Shown here: positions 1 to 11,440 of the stretch, in pieces
Position numbering within the stretch: the first letter of the stretch is position 1
Layout: each line of letters starts with the position of its first letter
Assembly: GCF_001194135.2 (NCBI RefSeq)
Contig: NC_068992.1
Span: 51,522,607 to 51,583,170 of the forward strand
From: Octopus bimaculoides
Lineage: Eukaryota
Direction: 5' to 3'
Length of the DNA: 60,564 nt
Notes under the pieces: generated by a model
What the model saw: the letters and a program-made list of their open reading frames with translations, nothing else
Told to the model about the DNA's origin: nothing
Databases searched by the model: none
Position numbers and translations under genes: made by a program

Positions 1-1
1 A

Positions 2-340
2 TATATCAGTGTCCATACTGAAGTAGGTAGTTTCTACACAGAAAGTCAACATTTCCATCAAGTTTGTTATTGGTATACTAGTGCGTTCTTTTAGATGGGT
101 GTCTGTCACTAGTTTTTCTTGAATCATCGATAGTGCTTCACCAGTTGGGACTTTGGTGAATAGACTTATCACATCTAGACTCACCATCTGGTTGGATTCA
201 ATGGGGGTATTCTTGATCAATTCTGTGAAGTGGATGGAATTCTTCACGTATGATATTGACTTTCCTGCTAATGGACTGATTATATCCACCAAGAAGCGGC
301 TCAGTGGATGACATGCTGAACCTCTACAGCTCACTATAGG
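2..340 (-). mobile_element. Penelope-like element (PLE) reverse transcriptase fragment, 5'-truncated, runs off the window start
   Basis: Hand translation of the minus strand gives 113 uninterrupted codons: PIVSCRGSACHPLSRFLVDIISPLAGKSISYVKNSIHFTELIKNTPIESNQMVSLDVISLFTKVPTGEALSMIQEKL...LMEMLTFCVETTYF. The (R)PIVS, YVKNS and VSLDVxSLFTxVP motifs are typical of PLE RT. The ORF track misses most of it because there is no early start codon. Confidence 0.9.
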
Positions 341-398
341 TCAAATGTAAATAATGTAAATAATGTAAATAATTCCTCATCCCTTAAATATAGAACTG
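340..398 (+). mobile_element. Inverted PLE terminal (pseudo-LTR/tail) fragment fused to the 5' truncation point of the PLE RT
   Basis: GTCAAATGTAAATAATGTAAATAATGTAAATAATTCCTCATCCCTTAAATATAGAACTG directly abuts the RT fragment in opposite orientation. The GTCAAATGTAAATAATGTAAAT motif recurs at about 54315-54341, 56141-56167 (reverse) and, diverged, about 56584-56598. Confidence 0.7.
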
Positions 399-603
399 AA
401 TTATGATGGTGTTGAGGATATAAATTTATATTCCTTGAAGGCAGATATGATCACTGTATTATTTGATAGCAGTCCTGTCTACTTTTATTTCTCCTCTATG
501 CCTCACAGAATAAGAACATTGCTGGCATTGTATAAACTTATTAATGTCAAACCTTTCCCAAATCATAATAGAAAATTATTTTACTTTCACAGTGATTGAT
601 TTT

Positions 604-870
604 GAAATATATATATATATATATATATATACATACATACACATATATATACACATATACGTTTATATATATATATATATACACACATACATATATACAT
701 ACACACGCATCTGTGTACATATATATATATATATATACGTATATATTTATGTATATATGTATATGTAGACAGCTATCACTCTCTCTTTCTATATATTTTT
801 ATATATATTTGTGTGTATGTATGTGTGTGTGTATGTATGTGTGTGTGTACAAATACATATGTGTGTAATG
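604..870. repeat. Compound (TA)n/(CA)n/(TG)n microsatellite
   Basis: Visible dinucleotide runs that explain ORFs 544..768 and 596..868. Confidence 0.95.
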
Positions 871-889
871 AAGTTACAAGGTTTAATAA

Positions 890-1230
890 GAAATATATTT
901 GCACACATTATTTACAGCCTTTTGTTTATCAAAACTTTGGATGTATGACACTAAGTAATAAACATATCGCATTTTAATTAGAAATTTAAAGAATATCAAA
1001 GAAGATAAGGATAGATATTTGACAGGATAATGAAGCAAGACTTATCCAAAATTTCTTCTGCGATTAATATTAGTACTTTAGATTTAGTGTTTGGAATAAT
1101 TACATGACAGAAATTATTGTCCTGGCATATTAGAATGACACACAGCAGTAGCAGTGAAGTGGGATCTTTAATTTTGAAAAGCTGTATTATTTTTGTCTTT
1201 TCCATATTCAACCCTTTCTTTTCCATATTT
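890..1230 (-). mobile_element. Possible highly decayed RTE-type LINE RT C-terminal remnant
   Basis: Minus ORF 996..1226 begins EKKGLNMEKTKII, resembling the GLxxNxxKTK motif, and later has LIAEEILDK...ILSNI. Similarity is weak and judged by eye. Confidence 0.3.
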
Positions 1231-1292
1231 TATGTCTACTATATTTATTTCAACTTTCTGTACATAAGCTGATGTACATATATGTCAGATCG

Positions 1293-1437
1293 TGGAGGCG
1301 CAATGGCCCAGTGGTTAGGGCAGCGGACTTGCAGTCGTAGGATCACAGTTTCGATTCCCAGACCGGGCGTTGTGAGTGTTTATTGAGCGAAAACACCTAA
1401 AGTTCCACTAGGCTCCGGCAGAGGATTGTGGCGAACC
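1293..1437 (+). mobile_element. tRNA-derived SINE family A, 3'-truncated copy
   Basis: TGGAGGCGCAATGGCCCAGTGGTTAGGG head (A box TGGCCCAGTGG, B box GTTTCGATTCC). Matches the longer copies at 15447, 39295, 44897 and 49991. Confidence 0.9.
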
Positions 1438-1735
1438 TTATGTATGTATGTATGTATGTAGGTAGGTAGGTAGGTTAGGTAGGTAGGTAGGTAGGCAGGC
1501 AGGCACGTACATTGTGGATATAAATAGGTAAAGAAATAGATAGATGGATGGGTAGATAAAAAGATGGATAGATAGATGGATAAATAGATAGATAGGTGTG
1601 TATATAGGTAAGTAGAATGATACATAAAGAGAAAGATAGATAGGTAGATAAGTAGTTGAATAGTTAGATAGATTGAGAGATATGTACATAGATATACAGG
1701 TTTGTAAATAGACAGACAGGACAGATAAATAGCTG

Positions 1736-1789
<54 letters not shown>

Positions 1790-1790
1790 T
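1438..1790. repeat. (TATG)n/(TAGG)n/(GATA)n tetranucleotide microsatellite tract
   Basis: Directly visible tandem tetramers. Confidence 0.95.
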
Positions 1791-2375
1791 GTTTCATTGA
1801 TGATGTAAATTGCTGCACCTAGAATCTTGCCTGTACACTTACTTACGAACATCCTTATGCAATAATATATATTGACATTTCACAGATATGAAGCAGATGC
1901 TATTATTTCTCTGATTTCATTCAAATCCAATAAATAGCATGCATTAGTAGAATAGTTGATGTCTCTATTAATATTACTCTGCAAAATAGTCATTGCACCA
2001 AAAGTATAATGGTTTTGACTAGAGTGACATCAGAATTGTGAAATCAGAAGCCATTCAATGACTTTTACCATTTGTCTTTAACACTTTCTTAAAGTGTTTT
2101 CTGATGATAGTATAGAATAGTGAACTAAAAATAAAACTATAGGAAGAAAGAATACAAAGAACATTGTCAAATAATAATAATAATGACAACAGCAACAACA
2201 ACAACAATAATGATGATGATAAAGATAATAATGAAATTACCTCTGTTCTTTAAAGTCTGGTGTTTTCTCAAATTTTTGTTGCTTTCTGTCTCTTGCACAA
2301 CCTGCACAAAATGTTCCATTGAAGATTAAGTAAATTCTTCTTCACTTAATGGATAGTACTTGTTTTTGGATTTTA

Positions 2376-2407
<32 letters not shown>

Positions 2408-4045
2408 GTTTTTCTTTTCTTTTTTTTTTTGGAAAGATGATTATCATCCCTCTTTCTACCTTAATCCGCTCAAATCTTTTCTCTTTTTTCTTTCGCTGTT
2501 TTTGTTTCCCTTACTTTCATGTCATTATTTCTTTTATTTGTTTTGTCATTGTTACATTCCATATGATTTTCGTTCTTTTTGCGTTTTTTTTTTTTTTTTT
2601 TTTTTGGTTAGTTATGCCATTTTTCTGCTGCTATCTAAAATTGAAGAAATCAAATTTTCAGATATATTTGAAACGTTTCCGAAAAATTTTATCCTTTTTT
2701 TTTAATATCTTTTTGTTATTTTCTTTTCCTTTTCTTATCTTCTTTCCTTTTTGTGTTTTCGTACTGTGCTGATAAAATATTTCTATTGCCTGCTGAATAT
2801 TTCTTTGAAAAGAATAATTTTGTTTCTTCTGTAGATGACAGCTCTTTACAGCTAGAATAATACATTACGACAACTACTATAGCAGAAGAGTTGGCATTAA
2901 ACTAACAAAATGCTAAACTATTAGGTATATAGTCTCAAAATGACATAAGTTTACAGCTTTATACCATATAATTATTATTTTTACTAATATTAATAAAAAA
3001 GAACAACTGTATTGGACAGGAGAAAATAATGGGAAAAAATCATAAATGCTAAAATAGAAATGTAGAATTAAGAAACAATTATGTTTCTTATTAATCCTCA
3101 CCATAATGTGGATTGAGTTGGTTGTCCAAACAACAAAGGTATTTTTGATCTATAATATTCGATGAGATGAAAAGAAACTTCAGTCATAAAAATATGTTTA
3201 TTATTTACTGTATTGAAGATTAACAAAAGTTGACTCTGTTCCAGTAAACAATTCTTGAAATAATTCTATTTCTATTTGTGTTTCTATTATAATTAACAAC
3301 CAAATATAGCTAGAATTTGGGCAAGAGATCTTGTAGTTCACATAAAGCATTGTTATTTAAATAATAAACAGAAAAGAAGAAAAATGATTTAAAAAAAAAA
3401 CAACTACAGTTATAAAAAGAGTAAAAACAAAAAAAAACAAAAATTAATCTATTCAACATATTAGTTTTAATAATTTCTAATCATGAACTGAAAAAACATA
3501 AAATAAGTGTGAAAAGTTGAATGTAAATAATATGGACAGTTTTATGTCAGATCATTATTGAAACTGGAAGATCTAGACATAAAAATTTGAATCTAGAATC
3601 TCATTGTAATATTTATGATAACTTCTTTAATATACAAGTTCCTGATAATCAATTCTGGATGTGTTTTCACCAATGAGGTTTTCATATTCGTATGTTCTTT
3701 AATCTGTGTATGCAGGTGGATGAATAGGATTCGGTAGTATTGCTTGTGTCAAACTTGTTACATTTCTTAAATTCGATAGCAGACACCATGAAAGCTCTGA
3801 AGCAGTCTTCAGCATTTTTAATCAAGTTGTTGGTTATTGCACATCTTCTGTCAATTTCAGATGTTTATTTCTAAAGTGTGACAATGTTTATAAATGTCCT
3901 TGTCAAAATGGGATTGAGTATCATTCATGATAAAGGATAGAAGTTGGTGGTTATTCGGTGAAGTAAAGCTGAGACAACAAAGCAAAAGGAGAAAAGAAAA
4001 ACGGAAAAAAGTAAAAAAAAAAACCAGTTGATCCACAGAAATCAT

Positions 4046-4220
4046 CATCTTTTGATGTCCATCTTCCATGCTGGAATGAGTTGAACAGTTTGACAGGATC
4101 TGAAAAGCTAGAGGGTTGTGTTGAGCTCCAATGTCTACTTCAGCATGGTTTCTACATCTGGATGCCTTTCCTAATGCCAACCACTTTGCAGAGTGTATTG
4201 AGTACTTTTTCATGGCCCTT
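4046..4220 (-). mobile_element. RTE-type 3' end fragment (family C)
   Basis: Reverse complement of the GGTTGGCRTTAGGAAGGGCATCCAG...GCATGGAA...GATGAT terminus shared with 22548-22710 and 36000-36385. Confidence 0.7.
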
Positions 4221-5036
4221 GCACAAGTGAACTTATCAAGAAACTCATAAGGCAAGCCTCCTCAAGTGAGTGGAGGATGTAATAGAGAGAGAGGCAGCTT
4301 TGTGCCTAGTGTTGAAAAGCTAAAGTATGATAAAGTGACAGGAAGAGGTGTCTTTCAGAAGAAGAGATACATGGCAACGAAAGCTGGAGAAAAAGATACA
4401 AACGGCAGAGGTGAGATGAGAGAGCATACACTTATGGTAGAAGAAGATGAAAATATGGTTGAGGATCAGGAAGGGTGGGTGGGGATGTTTACAAGAAAGT
4501 GAAGGGATAGTGTCAGATGATTAGAGATGTGGTTAGAGGTGAATGCAGTGAAGGGAAAACAAAGATGGTGGAATGATCGATTGTGAATATTATTTTGGCA
4601 GGTAGGTGAAAGAAATAAGAGTAGGCTAGGGAAGATTGAAAGATATTTCTGTAGGAACAAATCTCAATAAAAATAAGCCTGTAGAACATACCCTAAGCGT
4701 TGCTAATTGCTTTAAGTCCCTACATAATCATGAGTAGATATCGACACCAACATATCTCCACAATCCCTTATCTCGGCTAAACATCTAGGAAATGACAGCT
4801 GGAAGGGAAAGAAAGAAGGGGTGTTTGTACTTGCACCTGACCAGTAAATCACTACAGCTGAAGTAACATAAAATAGAGTGCCTTGCTTAAAGTCATAATG
4901 TGCTCCCTGGTACAAGAATTGAAGCCACCACCTTATATGATGAATTCTCCTCGTAAATATTATCTATCTTGCGTCTCGGGTTCTCTGCCTGAGCACTTCA
5001 TACTGCTGCCTATATAATACACAAACATTTTTTTAC

Positions 5037-5101
<65 letters not shown>

Positions 5102-5103
5102 AT

Positions 5104-5400
5104 NNNNNNNNNNNNNNNNNNNNNNNNNNNNNNNNNNNNNNNNNNNNNNNNNNNNNNNNNNNNNNNNNNNNNNNNNNNNNNNNNNNNNNNNNNNNNNNNN
5201 NNNNNNNNNNNNNNNNNNNNNNNNNNNNNNNNNNNNNNNNNNNNNNNNNNNNNNNNNNNNNNNNNNNNNNNNNNNNNNNNNNNNNNNNNNNNNNNNNNNN
5301 NNNNNNNNNNNNNNNNNNNNNNNNNNNNNNNNNNNNNNNNNNNNNNNNNNNNNNNNNNNNNNNNNNNNNNNNNNNNNNNNNNNNNNNNNNNNNNNNNNNN
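5104..5400. other. Assembly gap (N run). Other gaps: 11787-12160, 13068-13600, 23649-23658, 31393-31402, 36705-36714, 37124-37243, 48372-48516, 53322-54127
   Basis: N runs, mostly flanked by microsatellites or repeat sequence. Confidence 1.
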
Positions 5401-6719
5401 TGTGTGTGTGTGTGTGTGTGTGTGTATGGTTGTGTCTCCTTCTTTTGATATCCTGTGGTAGTTGTAACTGAGAATTATCATTAAGCATATGGTGTTGTTC
5501 ATTTCCGGATTTTTTTTTGTGTGAAAGCATAATGTCTGGCCATAGAAAACCTGTTTCATTGAAGTCTATCCAACCCATGCTAGCACGGAAAAGCGATGAC
5601 AATGATGATGAAGATGATGGGGGTCATGATCGTCATGGTGATAATGATGGCAGTAATGACATCGATGATGATAATAGTGATGACGATGGTGATGTTGATG
5701 ATGACAATGATGATGATGCAAACCAATTTTTAAGTATGTGAGTTTGCATATCTTATTGTTAGGGTTAAGTTTCTGTATCTTGTAGCTATTATTAAGTTAC
5801 CTAAGGTTTTGACTTCATATATGGTCAGTATTTACAATAATGACATTTTAAATTTGCCATCTTTTATAGAAGAATGAAATGTTTAAGTAGTTATTCAATG
5901 ACATAGAATAAAATAGTAAAACAATCTTTACCGATGCTTAAAATCATTTGTAGTCCCTTTATTTTTCTCAACAAATAAAACCTAAGATTTTACTACAAAT
6001 TTAATGCATTCTAAAATTCAGAACACAAACTAATGTAATAAAAAAAACTATTTAAAATTTTAAAAAGGAAATTTGTTATTTCACTAAGCAAAGTAGAAAT
6101 AGTTTATGCTAAAATGGAGATGTGAGAGAAAAAGTCACGAAATATAGGAAGAAAATAATCTCGGAAAATGAGAGCGAGCGGGGGGAACAGGAGTTCATGG
6201 AAACATTTGTAAATTTTATATCAAAAGGAAATCAACATTACTTTACACAATATTAGAAAGATAAAGAAATGGAGTTTTAAACAGAAAGCATGCTGATGTT
6301 TCATTGAACATTTAAAACTAAAAAAAAAAATAACTACATAACAAAAAGACTTTCTTCTATTTTAAACAATTATGTAAAATTACTTACAAGTACTTAAATG
6401 TTTGGATTCTTTTTATGTATTCCTTTATCGTTAAATCCATTTCCCCTAAGATTGAACAAAAATTTAGATAAAAGAAGAAAAATGAATGAACATTTTTTAA
6501 TGTTTTATATGTTGTTATTAACTGATCCCTGACAGTCATGTTTGATAAAACCCTACAGAAAGAAAACAATGTTGCAAATTAAACACTTGAGGTCGTTGCA
6601 CAACTTCTAATGCAATAAATATGCCATGCTCTGGTATTGTATCTGTGATTGAGGATGTCTGATGGAGCTAGTGTCATGTGACATTTTATTATGAAATCAA
6701 CAGTATAATAGATCCTGAC

Positions 6720-6960
6720 ACTTTATCACCACCACCATTTATATCTCTGTTTTGAGCACTAGTAAAGCATTCCCCTTTCACCCATCTAAAATGCATGGTA
6801 TCCATGAATCTCCTCCACAAAAATAAACCTGCTCCAACCCCTCCTATCCTTCTTTAGTCTCTCAACAGCTTGCTTAAAACAACCTCTCTACCTCCTATCC
6901 TCCCATTCAGTTAAAGGGGTCTCTTCAGTCTTTCAAATTACAAAACAAGCTCTTTAGGCC
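6720..6960 (+). mobile_element. Possible decayed L2/CR1-type LINE C-terminal remnant
   Basis: Pyrimidine-rich tract containing an LNSL-like segment and SLQSFKLQNKLF, resembling WNSLP...SLxxFKxxL at the end of CR1/L2 ORF2. By eye only. Confidence 0.25.
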
Positions 6961-7060
6961 AAGACCCATGGAAAAAAAGCATCCAGTATACTCTGTAAAG
7001 GGGCCAACATTATGAAAGATGTCCAGCCATAGAAACCATGACAAAACTGGTACATGTGTA

Positions 7061-7385
7061 AAGGCACATGGCTCAGTGGTTAGAGCATCAGGCTCACAAT
7101 CATATGGTAGTTAGTTTGATTCCAGGACTGGGCTGTGTTTTGTTCTTGAGCAAAACACTTTATTTCATGTTGCTCCAGTTCACTCAGCTGTAGAAATGAG
7201 TTGCAATGTCACTGGTGCCAAGCTGTATCAGCCTTTACCTTTCTCATGAATAACATTGGTGGCATGGAGAAGAGTGGCTAGTATGCATGGTTGACTGTTG
7301 GTCTTCTATAAACATTCTTGCCAGGACCTGTGCCTTGGAAGGTAAGTTTCTAGGTGCAATCCCATGGTCATTCATGGAGGGTCCT
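7061..7385 (+). mobile_element. tRNA-derived SINE family E (CORE-like central domain)
   Basis: GGCACATGGCTCAGTGGTTAGAGC head followed by TTGTTCTTGAGCAAAACACTT...CACTCAGCTGTAGAAATGAG. Homologous to 26743-27045 and 59530-59836. Confidence 0.85.
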
Positions 7386-8340
7386 CATTGGGACATTGGA
7401 GCAAGATATGGTCCTCTGACCCATTGGATCTTTTAAAAACATTCAACCCATACCAGTAAATAAATCTGATATCAAAAATAAAGATGGCAAGTAGGCGAAA
7501 AAGGAGGAGAAGAATGAGGAGAATGAAGATGATTATGATGATGCAAGTAGTACTAAATCAGTAGTGTGCAATTACCATGTAATTAGTGACACTATTTCAT
7601 TACTTTATAATTAATGCCATTAATAATACTATGCAATACTGCAGCATTTCTGTGTAATTACTACAGCATTACTGTGTAATTAATATTTTATCATTAGTAA
7701 TAATGTCGATATTATGTATTGATTGTCATTAATAGTGCTATGTCATTGCAATCATTACTAATACAATGTCATCATCATCCTCATTGTCGTTCATTTTCTA
7801 TTCACTTTTCATACTGGCATGGGTCAGATAGGTTGATATAATTTAAGTCAATTCTTATTGGGAGCCACTGTTCAAATACAAGGGTAGATAACCACATCTC
7901 ACTTATGTATATCAATTTTGGCATGGTTTCTCTAGCTAGATGCCCTCTCTATCACCAGTCACTCAACAGTTATACTGGGTTTTTTTCTATCCTGGCACCA
8001 TCACAAGAGAGATTATTATGTTCTCAAGCAGTCAACTGCAAAATGTCCTCTCAACCCTGTTTTCATCGTCTGTTTGCTAACTTCTTTTTGGACTTTAATG
8101 GGTGTATTCTATTGTGGCAGCAGCACTACAGAGCTTGCTATGTCCTCAATAATTGGATACTATTATTCAATAATATTATGGTTATTACAAATACCAAGTT
8201 AGTACTATGAAATTATTGCCAATAATACATCTGTTATCTCTATGTCATTACATTCATAAGCATTTCTATGTCGTTTTTGCTGTGAGTAATACTTTGTAGT
8301 TAGTAATAATAAATCATAATTATGTTGTAATATGTTATTG

Positions 8341-8500
8341 GAGTGGCTGTGTAGTAAGTAGCTTGCTTACTAGCCACATGGTTCCGGGGTCAGTCCCACT
8401 GCGTGGCACCTTGGGCAAGTGTCTTCTACTATAGCTTCGGGCCGACCAAAGCCTTGAGAGTGGATTTGGTAGATGGAAACTGAAAGAAGCCTGTCGTATA
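8341..8500 (+). mobile_element. tRNA-derived SINE family B, 5' half
   Basis: GTGGCTGTGTAGTAAG...GGTCAGTCCCACTGCGTGGCACCTTGGGCAAGTGTC...GGAAACTGAAAGAAGCC followed by a TA run. Many copies in the window. Confidence 0.9.
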
Positions 8501-11019
8501 TATGTATATATATATATGTATGTGTGTGTATAACTGATGAGCAAAATCAGACAAAACACAATGCCTTATGATCTGGCATCATTGTAAGTAATGACTTGTG
8601 TTTTTGACACACAAGTCTATTTGATAAATTTCTCTGAGACAAAATGTTGTGACTAATGATGTTTTACATTTGTATATACATTTTGAATATTACACAGTCA
8701 GGTATTTAAATCTAAAGATATTGCTAATACGTATGCAGTTACAATTCATAGAACATTCTGAGAAAAGTTTTTGACTGGCTGCTGTATATTCAAAGAATAT
8801 GTATCACTTAAAACGATGTTGGTTTCATCATAAAATTACTTTCCAGGATTATTGAAATGTCACAATTTTGTTAGATATTTATTTTTATTTATTTATTTAT
8901 TTTCACCTCAAAGAAATAACAGGTCTGATATAAGTAGTTTGTAAGCGTTGCGGTATAAATTGTTTTTATCTCTAGTTTCTAGCATAAAGTACCATCTGAA
9001 TTATTGTCTTCATGTTGATTTATTAGGGTTATCTGAGGCATGGTTATTGTTAATCGAAAAACTATATGATAACAAATTTAGAAATAAATATAAAATAACA
9101 AAATAAACATGATAAAGAGAACACTGGCAGGATAATTTCTTCTGTGCGTAAGAGATAAATAAGTGATAACTTTATAAGTGACTTAGCTTAATTCAAAGCT
9201 TGAAGCTAAATAAATTTCTTGGAAATATTTCAATATTTTTCAGTTTGTTTTTCGGAATGAAACATAATTAAGAAGCAAGTCTGTGTCTGAAAAGAATGGA
9301 GTGGCCCCAAAAGGTTACGTACCTTATCTAAGAGACTAAAGAGACGGAAAGAAAGAATTCTTGTATGGAAATCATCCAGAATGTTGTTGGTGTTGTAGTC
9401 ACTATCAGCATTGTCATTGTCATCACCAGTTCCATCCCAATCACCTCCGATATCATTGTTGTCAACATTGTTATCAATGTCATCATTTTACCATCCACTT
9501 TTTTTCCCATGGTCAGATGAAATTTTTTTGAGTTACATTTTTCTACTGCCAGATGCTCTTTCTGTTGCCAACATTAACCTGTGTCCTAGTAGTATGATAT
9601 TTTTTCCCTACTTCTTCAAACAATGGACATGATCATTGGATAATCATACATTTGTGAAGGGTTATAAAGTAATTCATCTGTTTGTATATAGTGGTCTTCA
9701 TTTACAATTATCATGCACAAAAGAAAGGGGCATGTACAAACACTCATGTGCACACACATGCATACAATCACCCATCCACCCATATATGCACATGTGCCCC
9801 ACGCACTTGCACACACACACACCGAAGCATACGACAGGAGCCTTTCATTTTCCATTTAGTAAATTTAATTTACACAGCATTAGGCAACCTGCAGTGATGC
9901 TAAAAGTTTCTGACAGTGTCATGTAGTGGGAATGAGCCATAAACTGCATAGTTCTGATGCAACCTTCTTAGCTACACAGCCATGAGTGAACCATTAAAAA
10001 AAGCCCTTCCTCCACCAAAAACAAAAACAAAATATATAATAATAATAAACAAAAGAAATATATAAAATGAGAGGACTGTGTGGTAATTTAATTTACTAGA
10101 AATTACAGCTAAAACTCCCCCTCCTCCAAATCACATTCTGTAAAATGAAAAGAGACATATTTTATGAGGACTACATTATCTTGGATACATTGTGCCTTAA
10201 ACAAAGACAGGATGGTAATAAATGTCTTTGGAATGTCATTGATCACAAGGTATTATTAATCAAAGCTGACCTGGAGCTTTTCTCATCAGAAATTCGTATT
10301 AATTATAGCTGACCTAGGTTCTTTTGATCACAAGATCTTTTTAATCAAAAGTGACCTGGGGTTTAAAGAACAACATCAACCATAAAAATGAATTAACTTA
10401 CAACATACATGCTTGCAACTTATCTTCATGCACAATTCACGATATTTTCTCTCTCAAATGTAATATTAGGTTTTGTAAATTCCCTATTCAACAGAAAATG
10501 AGATATTCATGCTGGATATTTCTTATAGCTTATGGTTTGTGTTTAAACATATTTAATCTTGCTATGCATTCATTGTACGCAAAATGGATTATATCACATG
10601 GTGAGTTATATAATGTATAATTAACTTTTGTTTGTACACTGGCGGTCTTTATTAAGTGAATTTCGTTAACCTTAGTCATTACTCTTTCTATTCAATCGAC
10701 TGCGATAGGTCTCACAATTGTCCATAATTAGGTTAATTAATTTATCAGAATTATCCAAAAGCATTTCAGATAATAAAGTTTTGATATAGATTGAGTGCAT
10801 GTTGGATTCTGTGTGGCAATTCTAAGCTCTTCAAATGCAACTATGTTAAAACAATGCAGCGTCTCTAATTACATTCTTCGCAGCGTATAACACTTGTATC
10901 TGTAATCTCTTTTGGAACATTCCACTGAAGTAAGCAAGCGAGTGGCGTTGAAGACATTACTAAGCTGTCAAGAGCAAAGTGAAAGGCACTGCTGCTATGG
11001 CTACTGCCACTGCTGTTGC

Positions 11020-11153
11020 AGGTGGTGGTGGTGGTGGTGGTGGTGGCAGCGGTGGTGGCAGCGGTGGTGAGGGTGGTGTTGGTGATGATGATAATGATGA
11101 TGAAGTGAAAGAGAAGTTTGTAATGATGTTAATTACCAGCTGTACTACAACCG

Positions 11154-11196
<43 letters not shown>

Positions 11197-11420
11197 TATC
11201 ATTATCATCATCCTCATCTTCCTCATCATGGTTGCCATGATCAGCATGGTAACCGTTGTTATCATCAACATCATCATCATCGTTGCCGTTGTCATCGTCG
11301 TCATCATCAACATTGTCGTCATCGTCATCATTATCAACATCATCATCATCGTCATTATCATCATTACCAACATCATCGTCGTCATTGTTGTTGTCATTTT
11401 CGTTGCCACTACTACAGCTG
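11020..11420. repeat. (GGT)n and degenerate (CAT)n trinucleotide tract
   Basis: Visible triplet repeats produce the poly-G and poly-I N-terminus of spurious ORF 10979..12493. Confidence 0.95.
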
Positions 11421-11440
11421 CCATTTATCTATTTATCTTG

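Noticed and set aside
1293-1370. tRNA genes suggested by A and B boxes (also 15447, 31780, 44897, 56311-56385)
   Set aside because: They are SINE heads: no complete cloverleaf or acceptor stem is evident, and each continues into a repeated SINE body.
3560-3971. Minus-strand candidate exon or RTE-like remnant (EIDRRC..., KPHW*KHIQN)
   Set aside because: Stops occur in all frames and similarity to RTE motifs is too weak to call.
4266-4700. ORFs 4266..4502 and 4466..4660 in a purine-rich tract
   Set aside because: No recognisable protein motif. Probably an old LINE remnant, but I could not assign it.
4960-5602. Long ORFs over N runs (also 13006-13638, 37024-37296, 48217-48611, 53246-54228)
   Set aside because: Their length comes from N codons and flanking dinucleotide repeats.
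8533-8560. Other CTGATGA occurrences as hammerheads (about 2101, 8533, 10283 reverse, 25267, 33522)
   Set aside because: None has a pairing stem II followed by GAAA and a compatible stem I.
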